Below, piece by piece: positions 1-9,183 of a DNA stretch of 64,000 bases. Where the stretch lies: positions 4,939 to 68,938 of IMG/VR virus record IMGVR_UViG_3300023296_000332. The stretch is one strand, 5' to 3'. Positions within the stretch are counted from its first letter, which is position 1. Each line of letters opens with the position of its first letter. Under the pieces are notes generated by a model. The model was not told where the DNA came from. It made no database searches and saw only the letters and a program-made list of their open reading frames with translations. A program made the position numbers and the translations under genes. This DNA comes from a virus.

Positions 1-1
1 G

Positions 2-220
2 AGAGACGGCTGGGTATGCCAAATGCCCGGCTGTAACTCGAAGAAAGCTTTGAAGGCTCACCATATCATAACGTGGGCAAGAGCCCCATCCATGAGGTTC
101 GACCCTGGAAATGGTCTTACTCTCTGTAGGAAGTGTCATGACTCAATTTCAAAAAAAGAGACTCATTATCAGCGAGTCTTCCTAGCAATTGCGAGAAAGA
201 ACAATGGCAAAAGCAAGTAA
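2..220 (+). CDS. HNH endonuclease (5'-truncated by window edge)
   Basis: The frame is open from position 2 (RDGWVCQMPGC...). It has CxxxxC...HHI...NGLTLCRKCH, a typical HNH/Zn motif, and lies upstream of the terminase. Confidence 0.85.
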   Translation, partial: RDGWVCQMPGCNSKKALKAHHIITWARAPSMRFDPGNGLTLCRKCHDSISKKETHYQRVFLAIARKNNGKSK

Positions 221-704
221 GCCAAAATACACAATTATTCAAGACACTAGAGAGCAACAAGGTTTGTTCTTCGGCCCCTACGACCAGTGCGAGGGAATGA
301 TTACTGAGAAGCTAGACACAGGCGACTATACCATTGAAGGCCTTGAAGACAAGATCTGCATTGAGAGAAAAGCGTCTGTTGAAGAGATCGCCATTAACCT
401 GGGACAGAAGAAACACGCCTTCATGGCAGAAGTCAAGAGAATGGAGCCATTTGAACATAAGTTCCTAGTATGCGAATTTACGCTAGACGATGTTCTCAAA
501 TTCCCAGAGGGCACCAGGATTCCAGAAGCTAAAAAGAAGACCCTAAAGATCACTGGAAAGTATCTTATGAAGTCTCTCAATGAGCTTGCGATCTACAATG
601 ACATTCACGTTGTGTTCTGTGAAAACAAACATAACACCTTTATGTTCTTGAGCGGCCTATTCAAGAGGCTGCATGAGAAGTACACAGTAGGAAAAGTAAA
701 ATAA
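204..704 (+). CDS. ERCC4/XPF-family nuclease domain protein
   Basis: Motifs DTREQ, GDY and IERK match the ERCC4 active-site signature. ATG at 204 (MAKASK) is preferred over the upstream TTG. Confidence 0.8.
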   Translation: MAKASKPKYTIIQDTREQQGLFFGPYDQCEGMITEKLDTGDYTIEGLEDKICIERKASVEEIAINLGQKKHAFMAEVKRMEPFEHKFLVCEFTLDDVLKFPEGTRIPEAKKKTLKITGKYLMKSLNELAIYNDIHVVFCENKHNTFMFLSGLFKRLHEKYTVGKVK

Positions 705-1357
705 TGAGAGAACTGCTAGAAGATCTTAATAATTTTTCCGTGGACTACAAGAATAGGGAGATTTTCGTTCACAGGTATTACAACAACAGTGAAGACGACG
801 ACATTGAGAACAAGATTAGTTCCATGTTCATCAAAAACCTACGTGCCCTAGAGCACAAGCCTGGACCTATCCTTATTCATCTAAATGCTGGTGGTGGTGG
901 AGAGTGGGAAGAGGGGATGGCGATGTACGACGCGATGACTTTCGCAGAATCCTACATTACCGTTTTGATCTACGGATATGCCTGCTCTATGAGTAGTATT
1001 ATCCCTCAAGCAGCAGATTTCAGGGTTATGATGCCCAACTCTTATATGATGTGCCACTACGGCTCAGAGGCCTTTGTAGGCAATCACGTCAACAATAAGA
1101 GATATTTTCGCTTCGCTGGCAAGCTAACAAAGAACATGATAGAGATCTACGCATCCAAGATGCAGTACGGCCCCTATTTCACAGAAAGATACGAGTCAGA
1201 CATCGCCCATAAGTATGCAACAACATATGTTCAAAAGAAAATGGAAGAGGGCGACTGGTATCTTAACGCAGAGGAAGCTGTTCATTATGGACTAGCAGAC
1301 GAAATCCTAGGATCAACAGACTACCCTAATATCGCAGCACTAAAAGACAATGGCTAA
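704..1357 (+). CDS. ClpP-like serine protease
   Basis: GYACSMSS (catalytic Ser), MMCHYG (His) and DWYLNAEEAVHYGLADEI (ClpP C-terminal signature). TAATG coupling to the upstream gene. Confidence 0.85.
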   Translation: MRELLEDLNNFSVDYKNREIFVHRYYNNSEDDDIENKISSMFIKNLRALEHKPGPILIHLNAGGGGEWEEGMAMYDAMTFAESYITVLIYGYACSMSSIIPQAADFRVMMPNSYMMCHYGSEAFVGNHVNNKRYFRFAGKLTKNMIEIYASKMQYGPYFTERYESDIAHKYATTYVQKKMEEGDWYLNAEEAVHYGLADEILGSTDYPNIAALKDNG

Positions 1358-3398
1358 AAAGAAAAAACAACTAAAGAAAAGCGAAGAGAAACAACTAGAG
1401 ATTCAGCTAAAGAAGATTGAAGAAGCTTGGCTAGGGCTAGGTGAGATCAACGACGACGAACTCTTTAATCCTACTGACTTTATTAAGCCAAACAGGGACG
1501 ACTTTCACCTTAGGCTGAGCTATCTAATGTCTCGCCCTGAGTATTTCTCGTTCATGTGTAAGGAGCTACTGAATATCCAACTGCTGCCCATGCAGTGTTT
1601 GTTCCTTGACGAACTATGGAAACGTAAATTTCCCATGCTTATCGCTAGTCGTGGTTTTGGTAAGTCTTTTGGTCTTTCTTTATATGCCATTATCCGAGCA
1701 CTACTGCTAAATGGTCGTAAGATCGTGATTGTAGGTTCGGCTTTCCGTCAGTCTAAGGTTCTGTTTGAATACATGGAGACGATCTGGCGTAATTCGCCGC
1801 TCCTTAGAGATCTATGTAGTGAGGGCTCAGGGCCTAAGAGAGAAGTTGACCGTTGCGTCATGAAGATTAACGATAGCGTTATCACCTGTTTACCCCTTGG
1901 AGATGGCCAAAAGATTAGAGGCCAAAGAGCTAATGATATTGTTGCTGACGAATTTGCTTCAATTCCTAGGGACATTTTTGAAAACGTTGTTGCTGGCTTT
2001 GCGGCTGTTAGCTCTAGTCCTATTGAGAACGTTAGACGGCTGGCTGCTGAGGTTATGGCTAAAGATCTTGGTATCGAACTTGAAGAAGAACAGATTATCG
2101 AAGGCAAGCAGGCTGTTGCTAACCAAATCATTCTGTCTGGAACGGCGTATTACGAATTTAATCATTTCGCTGAATACTGGAAGAAATGGAGACAAACAAT
2201 CAAGTCAAAAGGACACCCCAATAGACTAAGCGACATTTTTAATGGAGAAGAAGTGCCAGAGACTTTTGATTGGACTCAATATTCTATTATTAGAGTGCCC
2301 TACGAGCTTTTGCCTAAGGGCTTCATGGATGCTGACCAAGTTGCTAGATCTAAGGCCACTGTCCACAAGGGTATTTACTCTATGGAATTTGGAGCCGTGT
2401 TTACTAGAGACTCACAGGGGTTCTTCAAGAGAAGCCTTATCGAGTCCTGCGTACCCTCTCCAGAAAACGTAATCAAGGACCATGCAAATGAAGGCAAAGA
2501 GATTTCTTTTGAGCCTATGCTTATGGGCGACCCTAAAAAGCGTTATGTTATGGGCGTTGACCCTGCGTCTGAGAATGACAACTTTAGCATTGTAATCTTA
2601 GAAAGGAACCTTGGCCATAGGAAGATTGTGCATTGCTGGACAACAAATAGGTCTCAACACAAAGAGTTTAAGAAGTCTGGCTGGTCTACAGAAACCGATT
2701 ATTACGCATTCTGTGCTAGAAAGATCAGGGACTTGATGAAGCGATTTAACACCGAGCACATCGCCTTGGACGCCCAAGGTGGTGGTATCGCCATTATGGA
2801 GGCTCTGCACGACGAGGACAAGCTTGAACCGGGTGAGCAGCCCATCTGGCCTACTATCGACGAAGACGACGAGAAGGACACTGACGACGAGCAGGGGCTA
2901 CATATCCTTGAGATGTGCCAGTTTGCCAAGTACGACTGGTATGCAGAAGCTAATCACGGCCTAAAGAAAGACTTTGAAGACAAGATGCTTATCTTCCCTA
3001 AGTATGATGGTGCGAGCCTAGCATTGTCCTTAACAGACGACGAACTTACAGGTAGAACCTATGATACCATGGAAGACGTAGTCTTAGACATTGAAGACTT
3101 GAAAGATGAACTGTCCATTATTGAGATAACCGCTACGCCTAGTGGTAGAGATAAGTGGGACACGCCGGAAGTCATCATCGGCGTTGGCAAGAAGAGCAGA
3201 ATTAGGAAGGACAGGTATTCCGCCCTCCTAATGGCCAATATGGCTTGTAGAACGCTAGATAGGGCACCAGCCCCATTGGTCTACGCCTCCTATGGAGGAT
3301 TTGCTAATACCAGAGCTTACTCCAAGAAAGAGAAGAAGGGGCAGCTTATGAGTGGGCCTAATTGGTACACCCAGGGCATGAAAGACGTTTACGGTTAG
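1350..3398 (+). CDS. terL: Terminase large subunit
   Basis: Walker A ASRGFGKS, Walker B IVADEF preceded by RGQRA, motif III LSGTA, RNase H-like nuclease MGVDPA and C-terminal KDRYSAL. Confidence 0.92.
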   Translation: MAKKKKQLKKSEEKQLEIQLKKIEEAWLGLGEINDDELFNPTDFIKPNRDDFHLRLSYLMSRPEYFSFMCKELLNIQLLPMQCLFLDELWKRKFPMLIASRGFGKSFGLSLYAIIRALLLNGRKIVIVGSAFRQSKVLFEYMETIWRNSPLLRDLCSEGSGPKREVDRCVMKINDSVITCLPLGDGQKIRGQRANDIVADEFASIPRDIFENVVAGFAAVSSSPIENVRRLAAEVMAKDLGIELEEEQIIEGKQAVANQIILSGTAYYEFNHFAEYWKKWRQTIKSKGHPNRLSDIFNGEEVPETFDWTQYSIIRVPYELLPKGFMDADQVARSKATVHKGIYSMEFGAVFTRDSQGFFKRSLIESCVPSPENVIKDHANEGKEISFEPMLMGDPKKRYVMGVDPASENDNFSIVILERNLGHRKIVHCWTTNRSQHKEFKKSGWSTETDYYAFCARKIRDLMKRFNTEHIALDAQGGGIAIMEALHDEDKLEPGEQPIWPTIDEDDEKDTDDEQGLHILEMCQFAKYDWYAEANHGLKKDFEDKMLIFPKYDGASLALSLTDDELTGRTYDTMEDVVLDIEDLKDELSIIEITATPSGRDKWDTPEVIIGVGKKSRIRKDRYSALLMANMACRTLDRAPAPLVYASYGGFANTRAYSKKEKKGQLMSGPNWYTQGMKDVYG

Positions 3399-3748
3399 TC
3401 GCCATTGTAGTTTTGAGGCACCACTTTCATTCCGCCGTTTACGTCTGGTCTGAGTTTAGTGCCTGGGAGAAACGAGGAAGTCTCTGCAACAGAGTATGTT
3501 CCGTCGATGTTTCTTTGTTGAGTGGTAAATTGCACGAGACATCCAACACTCTTAATTTCCATAGCCTTGGCGGATTTCATCCAGCCCTGCTCTTCGCTAC
3601 TTGCTTTGCAAAGTATCTGCATAGTGTCGCCATTGCCAACTACGACAATGTCGCTGACCTTCTTCTTCGCGTCTTCTACGCTAACTACACTAAGGTTTTT
3701 TTCTTGTGGATCTGCTGCTTTTCTGATTGCGGTCTTCTTCTTAGCCAT
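3395..3748 (-). CDS. Hypothetical protein (the only credible reverse-strand gene)
   Basis: It fills the terminase-portal gap. AGGAG SD lies just upstream of ATG 3748 (MAKKK...), and it has its own sigma70-like promoter. Confidence 0.75.
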   Translation of the reverse strand: MAKKKTAIRKAADPQEKNLSVVSVEDAKKKVSDIVVVGNGDTMQILCKASSEEQGWMKSAKAMEIKSVGCLVQFTTQQRNIDGTYSVAETSSFLPGTKLRPDVNGGMKVVPQNYNGD

Positions 3749-3798
3749 TGTGACTCCTATCTGATTGTTTGTGTTCTGAGGAAGTTCCCTCATACTCT

Positions 3799-3827
3799 AT
3801 TATAGCTGAAAACACGTAGAAAGACAA
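3799..3827 (-). promoter_or_regulatory. Sigma70-like promoter TTGTCT-N17-TATAAT
   Basis: On the minus strand, -35 TTGTCT is at 3827-3822, the spacer is exactly 17 nt, and -10 TATAAT is at 3804-3799. Confidence 0.75.
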
Positions 3828-3841
3828 CTTTTTTCTTAAAT

Positions 3842-3850
3842 GTGTATAAT
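3842..3850 (+). promoter_or_regulatory. GTGTATAAT putative late promoter (portal)
   Basis: Recurrent motif in the intergenic gap 45 nt before the portal ATG. Confidence 0.7.
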
Positions 3851-3894
3851 CTAACTGTAATCCGAATACTTAAACACGCAGAATTGGTGGCAAC

Positions 3895-6030
3895 ATGACA
3901 GAAAACGAAACTACTTGGAGTGAAAACTATGGCTCCACTGCGAAGGCTATGGCTATTCACGAAGAGAACAATGGTTCCTACACTGGAGTCTACAAAGGCT
4001 CAAGTGCTGCGTCACACAGGAGTTACGCTGCTCCACAACAACAGAATATAAGCACGAAGCCATCTTACGGAAGGTCGGATTACGAAACCTTTCGCCCAGA
4101 CTCGGCTGTCTCTCAAGATAAGAGACGCATGATTAGAGATTGTGTGAACGCATACAAGAACGTCGGATTGATTCGGAATGTAATTGATTTGATGGGCGAT
4201 TTCGCTTGTCAGGGTGTCTCTTTGGTACACCGAGACAAAAGTGCCGAAAGCTTCTTCCAGCAATGGTTCAAGCAAGTAAATGGAAAAGAGAGATCAGAAC
4301 GTTTTCTTAATAACCTCTACAGATCGGGCCAAGTCGTAGTTTACGAATCTTATGCAGACGTAGACGAGGGGCTTAGGAAGTACATGAAGGCCCTAGCTGG
4401 GGACATCAAGGTCAAGAACCCAACAAAAGAAGACAGAATTCCTTTTGCTTATACGTTTTTTAACCCTCTAAGTTTGGATGTCAAGGCTGACGGCGATCTA
4501 TATCTGAACGTTAGTGGCAAGGCTAAGATTGGTGGGCACTTCGGAACCTTTGACTCTCAGAGCCAGAGAACGGCCAACATGCCCAAGTCTGTATTCGACA
4601 AGCTGCCCAAAGGTATGCGAGATCAGATCAATAAGAACAAGGGCCAAGTCAGATTAGAAAATGGCAGGCTAAGCGTATTCCACTACAAGAAAGACGACTG
4701 GGAACAATGGGCTGACCCAATGATCCACGCTATCATTGATGATGTTGGTATGCTAGAGAAGATGAAACTGGCAGACATGTCGGCCCTTGATGGTGCTATT
4801 TCTAACATTAGACTGTGGACACTTGGAGACTTTGAGCACAAAATCCTTCCTACTAAGGAGGGTATTGATAGACTGCGTAACATCCTGGCAAATAACCAGG
4901 GCGGAGGCACTATGGAGCTTGTGTGGGGTCCAGAGTTAAAGTTTACCGAATCTAATACAGAAGTCCACAAGTTCTTGGGCTCAGAGAAGTACAATTCAGT
5001 ATGGAACTCTATCTATGCTGGACTAGGAGTGCCCCCTACTCTTACTGGTATGTCTGGCAATGGTGGAGGCTTTACTAACAACTTTATTTCTCTTAAAACG
5101 CTAGTAGAACGACTACAATATGGGCGAGACTTGTTAATCAAGTTCTGGCAAGCACAAGTAGAGAAAGTTCGTAAGGCGATGGGCTTTAGATATGCCCCAG
5201 AGGTTGTATTTGACCAAATGAGCCTTTCTGACGAGGCTGCTGAGAAGAATCTTCTTATTCAATTAGCTGACCGCAATATCATCAGTGACGAAACTCTATT
5301 AGAAAGATTCAAAGAGACCCCTACTGTTGAAAGAGTACGTCTAAAGAGGGAAATTGCAGCAAGAGAGGGTGACGGTATGCCTGATAAGGCTGGTCCATTC
5401 CACAATGCTCGACATGTTCAAGAGCTTGAAAAGATGGGTAAACAGAAGGAATTCGACGATGACACCATGAAGAAAACAACCAAGGAAGAAAAGGAGAAGC
5501 TCAAGTTTCAGTATGAGAATGAGCCCAAGCCTCCTGCTCCTGCGGCTGGTCCTGGTGGAAGCAAAAAGCCCGGTGGTGCTAAGAAACCAACACCCAAGGG
5601 CAATGGAAAGCCAAACGGCAGACCTAAGAATTCTAAGGATAGTGCCCCTAGGAAACAAAGACAGGCTAAGCCTAAGTCTAAGCCGGGTGTGGCAGAGCTA
5701 ATCCGTTGGTCAGAAGAGGCTTGGGACAATAGTTCCGAAGTTTTGACTAAAGCATTCTTGGGTGCAAACGAAAAGAAAACAGTACGACAATTAACCAAGG
5801 CTCAAGTTAAGCAACTTGAGAACCTAAAGGTTGAAGTATTCACAAATCTGGAGCCTATGGAGCCAGTAGGAAAGAAAGAGGTTTATGCCGTTATTTCTGG
5901 GGGTAAACGAGTTCCTCATGATCTAGCAGAGGCCTTTCAGGAGCACGAAATTTCAATAGACACTATGCCCGTAGAAGCATTCCGTAGGAGTGTTATTGGT
6001 CACTATGTTGAATCATTTTGGCTCAGCTAA
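3895..6030 (+). CDS. Portal protein
   Basis: Position between terminase and protease/scaffold. Helical core (IRNVIDLMGDF, IYAGLGVP..L) and a Pro/Lys/Gly-rich C-terminal extension. Confidence 0.75.
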   Translation: MTENETTWSENYGSTAKAMAIHEENNGSYTGVYKGSSAASHRSYAAPQQQNISTKPSYGRSDYETFRPDSAVSQDKRRMIRDCVNAYKNVGLIRNVIDLMGDFACQGVSLVHRDKSAESFFQQWFKQVNGKERSERFLNNLYRSGQVVVYESYADVDEGLRKYMKALAGDIKVKNPTKEDRIPFAYTFFNPLSLDVKADGDLYLNVSGKAKIGGHFGTFDSQSQRTANMPKSVFDKLPKGMRDQINKNKGQVRLENGRLSVFHYKKDDWEQWADPMIHAIIDDVGMLEKMKLADMSALDGAISNIRLWTLGDFEHKILPTKEGIDRLRNILANNQGGGTMELVWGPELKFTESNTEVHKFLGSEKYNSVWNSIYAGLGVPPTLTGMSGNGGGFTNNFISLKTLVERLQYGRDLLIKFWQAQVEKVRKAMGFRYAPEVVFDQMSLSDEAAEKNLLIQLADRNIISDETLLERFKETPTVERVRLKREIAAREGDGMPDKAGPFHNARHVQELEKMGKQKEFDDDTMKKTTKEEKEKLKFQYENEPKPPAPAAGPGGSKKPGGAKKPTPKGNGKPNGRPKNSKDSAPRKQRQAKPKSKPGVAELIRWSEEAWDNSSEVLTKAFLGANEKKTVRQLTKAQVKQLENLKVEVFTNLEPMEPVGKKEVYAVISGGKRVPHDLAEAFQEHEISIDTMPVEAFRRSVIGHYVESFWLS

Positions 6031-6062
6031 AAACCCATAAAACGAACAATTTTAACATTTTT

Positions 6063-6071
6063 GTGTATACT
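6063..6071 (+). promoter_or_regulatory. GTGTATACT putative late promoter (scaffold/capsid operon)
   Basis: One-mismatch variant of the motif in the intergenic gap, followed by a GAGGT SD. Confidence 0.6.
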
Positions 6072-6088
6072 TTATTTAGAGGTAACTA

Positions 6089-7564
6089 ATGAAGATTTTT
6101 GATAGAGAGAAGCGAGACGGGATTGAAGAGATCGTTAGATCTCAAGCATCCATTCAATACCAGAGTGTTGCAAAGTTGGTTGAGAATCCATATTCAGAAC
6201 TTAACTTAAAGAACATCTCTGCCGCTATTGCGTCGGCGAATCAAGGTCAGATTGACCTTTACTACCTCAGTACCGTCCTAGTTTCGACTGGATGGAACAA
6301 AAACGATGACGTGTTTTTACCAGACCAAGTTTGGGCTGCTAGGAACACACCAGAAGACAAGCCATTCAATCACATGCACGATGAGACAGATATCATCGGG
6401 CACATTACGGGCTCACACGTTGTTGACCTTAAAGGTAACGCTATTTCTAGCGAAACACAAGAGGCTCCTAGTGAGTTTGAGATTATTACCGAGTCTGTTC
6501 TTTATAAGCACTGGAACGATGCAGAGCTTCAAAAGAGAATGGACAGTATCATTGCCGAAATTGGTGAAGACGCTTGGTATGTCTCGATGGAGTGTTTATT
6601 CTCAGGATTCAACTATGCTTTGCTTTCTCCAGAGGGTGAACACATCCTACTACAGAGAAACGAATCGACTGCTTCTTTAACGAAGCACTTGAGAGCATAC
6701 GGCGGAGTAGGAGAGTACCAAGGCTACAAGGTTGGTCGGGCACTTAGCGATATCGCTTTCTCAGGAAAGGGACTTGTTAGTCAGCCAGCTAATCCGCGTA
6801 GCGTTATTCTGAAATCAATAGCTTTCGAGCTAAGCGAAACAGATTTTACCGATGACGACATATTCACTAAGGGAGAGAACCAAATGAGTGATGTTTTAGA
6901 AAAAACAGTTGCTAAACTTGAGAAGGAATTGGCTAGTGCCAATGAGAAGTTCGAGAAAGCAGCTAAGGACGCCGAAGCAGCAAAGGCGAAAGAAGTTGAG
7001 TCAATTATCAGTGATAAGGACGCAGCTATTGCCAACCTGAATGAGAAGTTTGAAACAGTTTCTAAGGAAATCGAGACTTTGAAGGCTGAATTAGCTAAGA
7101 AGACAGAAGAGCTTGCCGCTGCACAAGAGCAAGTACAAGCCGCTGAGAAGGCACAGAAGACTACAGCACGAGTTGCTAAGTTGGTTTCTGCTGGTTTCAC
7201 AGAAGAAGAGGCTAGTGCCGAAGTTGCTGACTACTCAGAAATGAGTGACGAAGGCTTCGACAAGATCGTTGCTAAGTTTGAGAAGTTCAAAAAGAAGGGC
7301 GACGAATACAAGGACGACGACAAGAAGAAGAAGGACGCAGAAGCGGCCAAAGACGACGAAGATGCTAAGGCTAAGAAAGAAGCCGAAGCTAAGAAAGAAA
7401 AGGAAGGTAGCGAAGCTACTGCCGACACTTTTGACAGCACTAAGGCTGACGAAGACGTTGTCAATCCCGTCGAAGTTGACGAAATGGAAGCAACGAGAGC
7501 TAGTGTGTCCAACTGGATGACTAAGATGCTCGACGTTGAAGACAAAGACACAAACAGCAAGTAA
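6089..7564 (+). CDS. Prohead protease-scaffold fusion
   Basis: Globular N-domain (NKNDDVF, KPFNHMHD..IIGH, VSMEC) consistent with a prohead protease. C-terminal half is an E/K/A-rich coiled coil. Directly upstream of the capsid genes. Confidence 0.7.
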   Translation: MKIFDREKRDGIEEIVRSQASIQYQSVAKLVENPYSELNLKNISAAIASANQGQIDLYYLSTVLVSTGWNKNDDVFLPDQVWAARNTPEDKPFNHMHDETDIIGHITGSHVVDLKGNAISSETQEAPSEFEIITESVLYKHWNDAELQKRMDSIIAEIGEDAWYVSMECLFSGFNYALLSPEGEHILLQRNESTASLTKHLRAYGGVGEYQGYKVGRALSDIAFSGKGLVSQPANPRSVILKSIAFELSETDFTDDDIFTKGENQMSDVLEKTVAKLEKELASANEKFEKAAKDAEAAKAKEVESIISDKDAAIANLNEKFETVSKEIETLKAELAKKTEELAAAQEQVQAAEKAQKTTARVAKLVSAGFTEEEASAEVADYSEMSDEGFDKIVAKFEKFKKKGDEYKDDDKKKKDAEAAKDDEDAKAKKEAEAKKEKEGSEATADTFDSTKADEDVVNPVEVDEMEATRASVSNWMTKMLDVEDKDTNSK

Positions 7565-7581
7565 CCCACGGAGAAAAGACA

Positions 7582-8052
7582 ATGGCTCTAAAACCAGACA
7601 GATATGAAGCACGTACAGACATTAGTTTCTACTACAATGCTGGCGTTGCAGAAAGAGGCGGCATCCTATGTTACGGACCAACTACAGGTTCAGGTGCGGC
7701 AATGGATCAAGGCGTAAACCTTGTTCAATACGAAGCGGCAGTTTCAACAAGTAGGCCAGTCGGCATCCTGTTGAATGATGTTGTTAACAAGAACTTAGTC
7801 AGAGAACACCTGAACGTCTACAGAGACGAAATTCAACTTGGTGGTAAGGTTACTGTCCTACGTGGCGGTTACATTGTTACCAATATGATTGACGCCGTTG
7901 AGGTTGCTGGCGGGGAATTAGCTTATGCTAGTACCGTGAACGCTGGTAACTTGACAAACTCTGGCGACCCTACTCACGCCGTTGGTGAGTTCATGACTGC
8001 CAAGGACGAAGACGGCTACGCTAAAGTAGAAGTCAACCTACCACGAAACTAA
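7582..8052 (+). CDS. Capsid decoration/cement protein
   Basis: 156-aa beta-rich protein between scaffold and MCP (PVGILLNDV...GGKVTVL), with a GGAG SD. Confidence 0.6.
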   Translation: MALKPDRYEARTDISFYYNAGVAERGGILCYGPTTGSGAAMDQGVNLVQYEAAVSTSRPVGILLNDVVNKNLVREHLNVYRDEIQLGGKVTVLRGGYIVTNMIDAVEVAGGELAYASTVNAGNLTNSGDPTHAVGEFMTAKDEDGYAKVEVNLPRN

Positions 8053-8072
8053 CCAACAGGAGAACATGAGAA

Positions 8073-9080
8073 ATGGCTAAATTTGAAAAACCTGATGCAG
8101 CAACTATTAAGTTGCTTGCTGACACAGGTCACGAAGACTATAACGTTGCTGTTGCTGCTCAAAGAGAGTTCGCTAAGGCATTTGAAACCCCACTAAGAAA
8201 GGTTATCCTAAGTGGTGACATTCTTGATGGTATTTATTCACCTATTCCATTGGAGAAGGGAGACGTTGCGGAATACCCAACTGACCTTATTGCTCCTGGC
8301 ATGGAAGGCGAGCATGTGGCTTACACCAGTCCTGCTCACGGTAGAATTCCTGAGAAGACCCTGGAAAGTGATTACATCGCGATCCCAACCTATCACATTG
8401 CATCGTCAATTGACTGGTTGCTAAAGATCTCTCAAGAAGCTAAGTGGGACGTTACCCAACGTGCTATGGAAATCTTCAAGAACGGTTTCGTTAAGAAGAT
8501 GAATGACGACGGTTGGCACACGTTGCTAGCTGCTGGCGTTGACCGTAACATTTTGGTTTACGACGCTGACGCTACCGAAGGTATGTTCACCAAGAGATTA
8601 GTTTCTCTAATGCAAACCACAATGCGTAGAAACGCTGGTGGTAACAGTGCATCGGGTGGACGTGGTCGTTTGACCGACCTTTACGTTTCGCCAGAAGCTC
8701 TGGAAGACGTAAGAAACTGGGGAATGGACCAAGTTGACGAAGTAACACGTAGAGAAATCTACATTGCTTCTGAGAATGGTGCCCCTATCACTCGAATCTT
8801 CGGCGTGAACATTCACGACCTGGACGAGTTGGGCGAAGGTCAAGAGTACCAAGAGTACTACCACAACCAGCTTGGTGGCAAGGTACAAGAGGATGACAGA
8901 GAGTTGGTTATTGGTCTTGACAGAAGCACCAACGACTCGTTTGTTATGCCTATGAAGGGCGAAGTACAAGTCTTTGAAGATCCTACGCTTCACAGATCGT
9001 ACAGAGTCGGTTACTACGGTTGGGTTGACGCCGGTTTCGGGGTATTGGATAATCGCCGGATCATTCTCGGCAGTTTCTAA
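8073..9080 (+). CDS. Major capsid protein (HK97-fold expected)
   Basis: Synteny, size (335 aa), AGGAG SD, highly biased codons, C-terminal VGYYGW..GFGVLD and a strong terminator immediately after. Confidence 0.8.
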   Translation: MAKFEKPDAATIKLLADTGHEDYNVAVAAQREFAKAFETPLRKVILSGDILDGIYSPIPLEKGDVAEYPTDLIAPGMEGEHVAYTSPAHGRIPEKTLESDYIAIPTYHIASSIDWLLKISQEAKWDVTQRAMEIFKNGFVKKMNDDGWHTLLAAGVDRNILVYDADATEGMFTKRLVSLMQTTMRRNAGGNSASGGRGRLTDLYVSPEALEDVRNWGMDQVDEVTRREIYIASENGAPITRIFGVNIHDLDELGEGQEYQEYYHNQLGGKVQEDDRELVIGLDRSTNDSFVMPMKGEVQVFEDPTLHRSYRVGYYGWVDAGFGVLDNRRIILGSF

Positions 9081-9094
9081 CTCAATAAATTTTG

Positions 9095-9125
9095 AAAAAA
9101 CGTCCACTTTTGGGCGTTTTTTTTT
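9095..9125 (+). terminator. Intrinsic terminator after major capsid gene
   Basis: AAAAAACGTCCA-CTTT-TGGGCGTTTTTTTTT hairpin plus U-tract. Confidence 0.85.
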
Positions 9126-9133
9126 AGACTTTG

Positions 9134-9142
9134 GTGTATAAT
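9134..9142 (+). promoter_or_regulatory. GTGTATAAT putative late promoter (endonuclease)
   Basis: Motif directly after the terminator and 42 nt before ATG 9184. Confidence 0.65.
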
Positions 9143-9183
9143 ATGGTTGGAGAGAGAATTTTTCACAAACCATAGGATACAAA

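Noticed and set aside
1350-3398. Intein or intron in the terminase or capsid genes
   Set aside because: No C/S...HN intein boundaries or LAGLIDADG motifs were seen, and the ORFs are uninterrupted and of plausible length.
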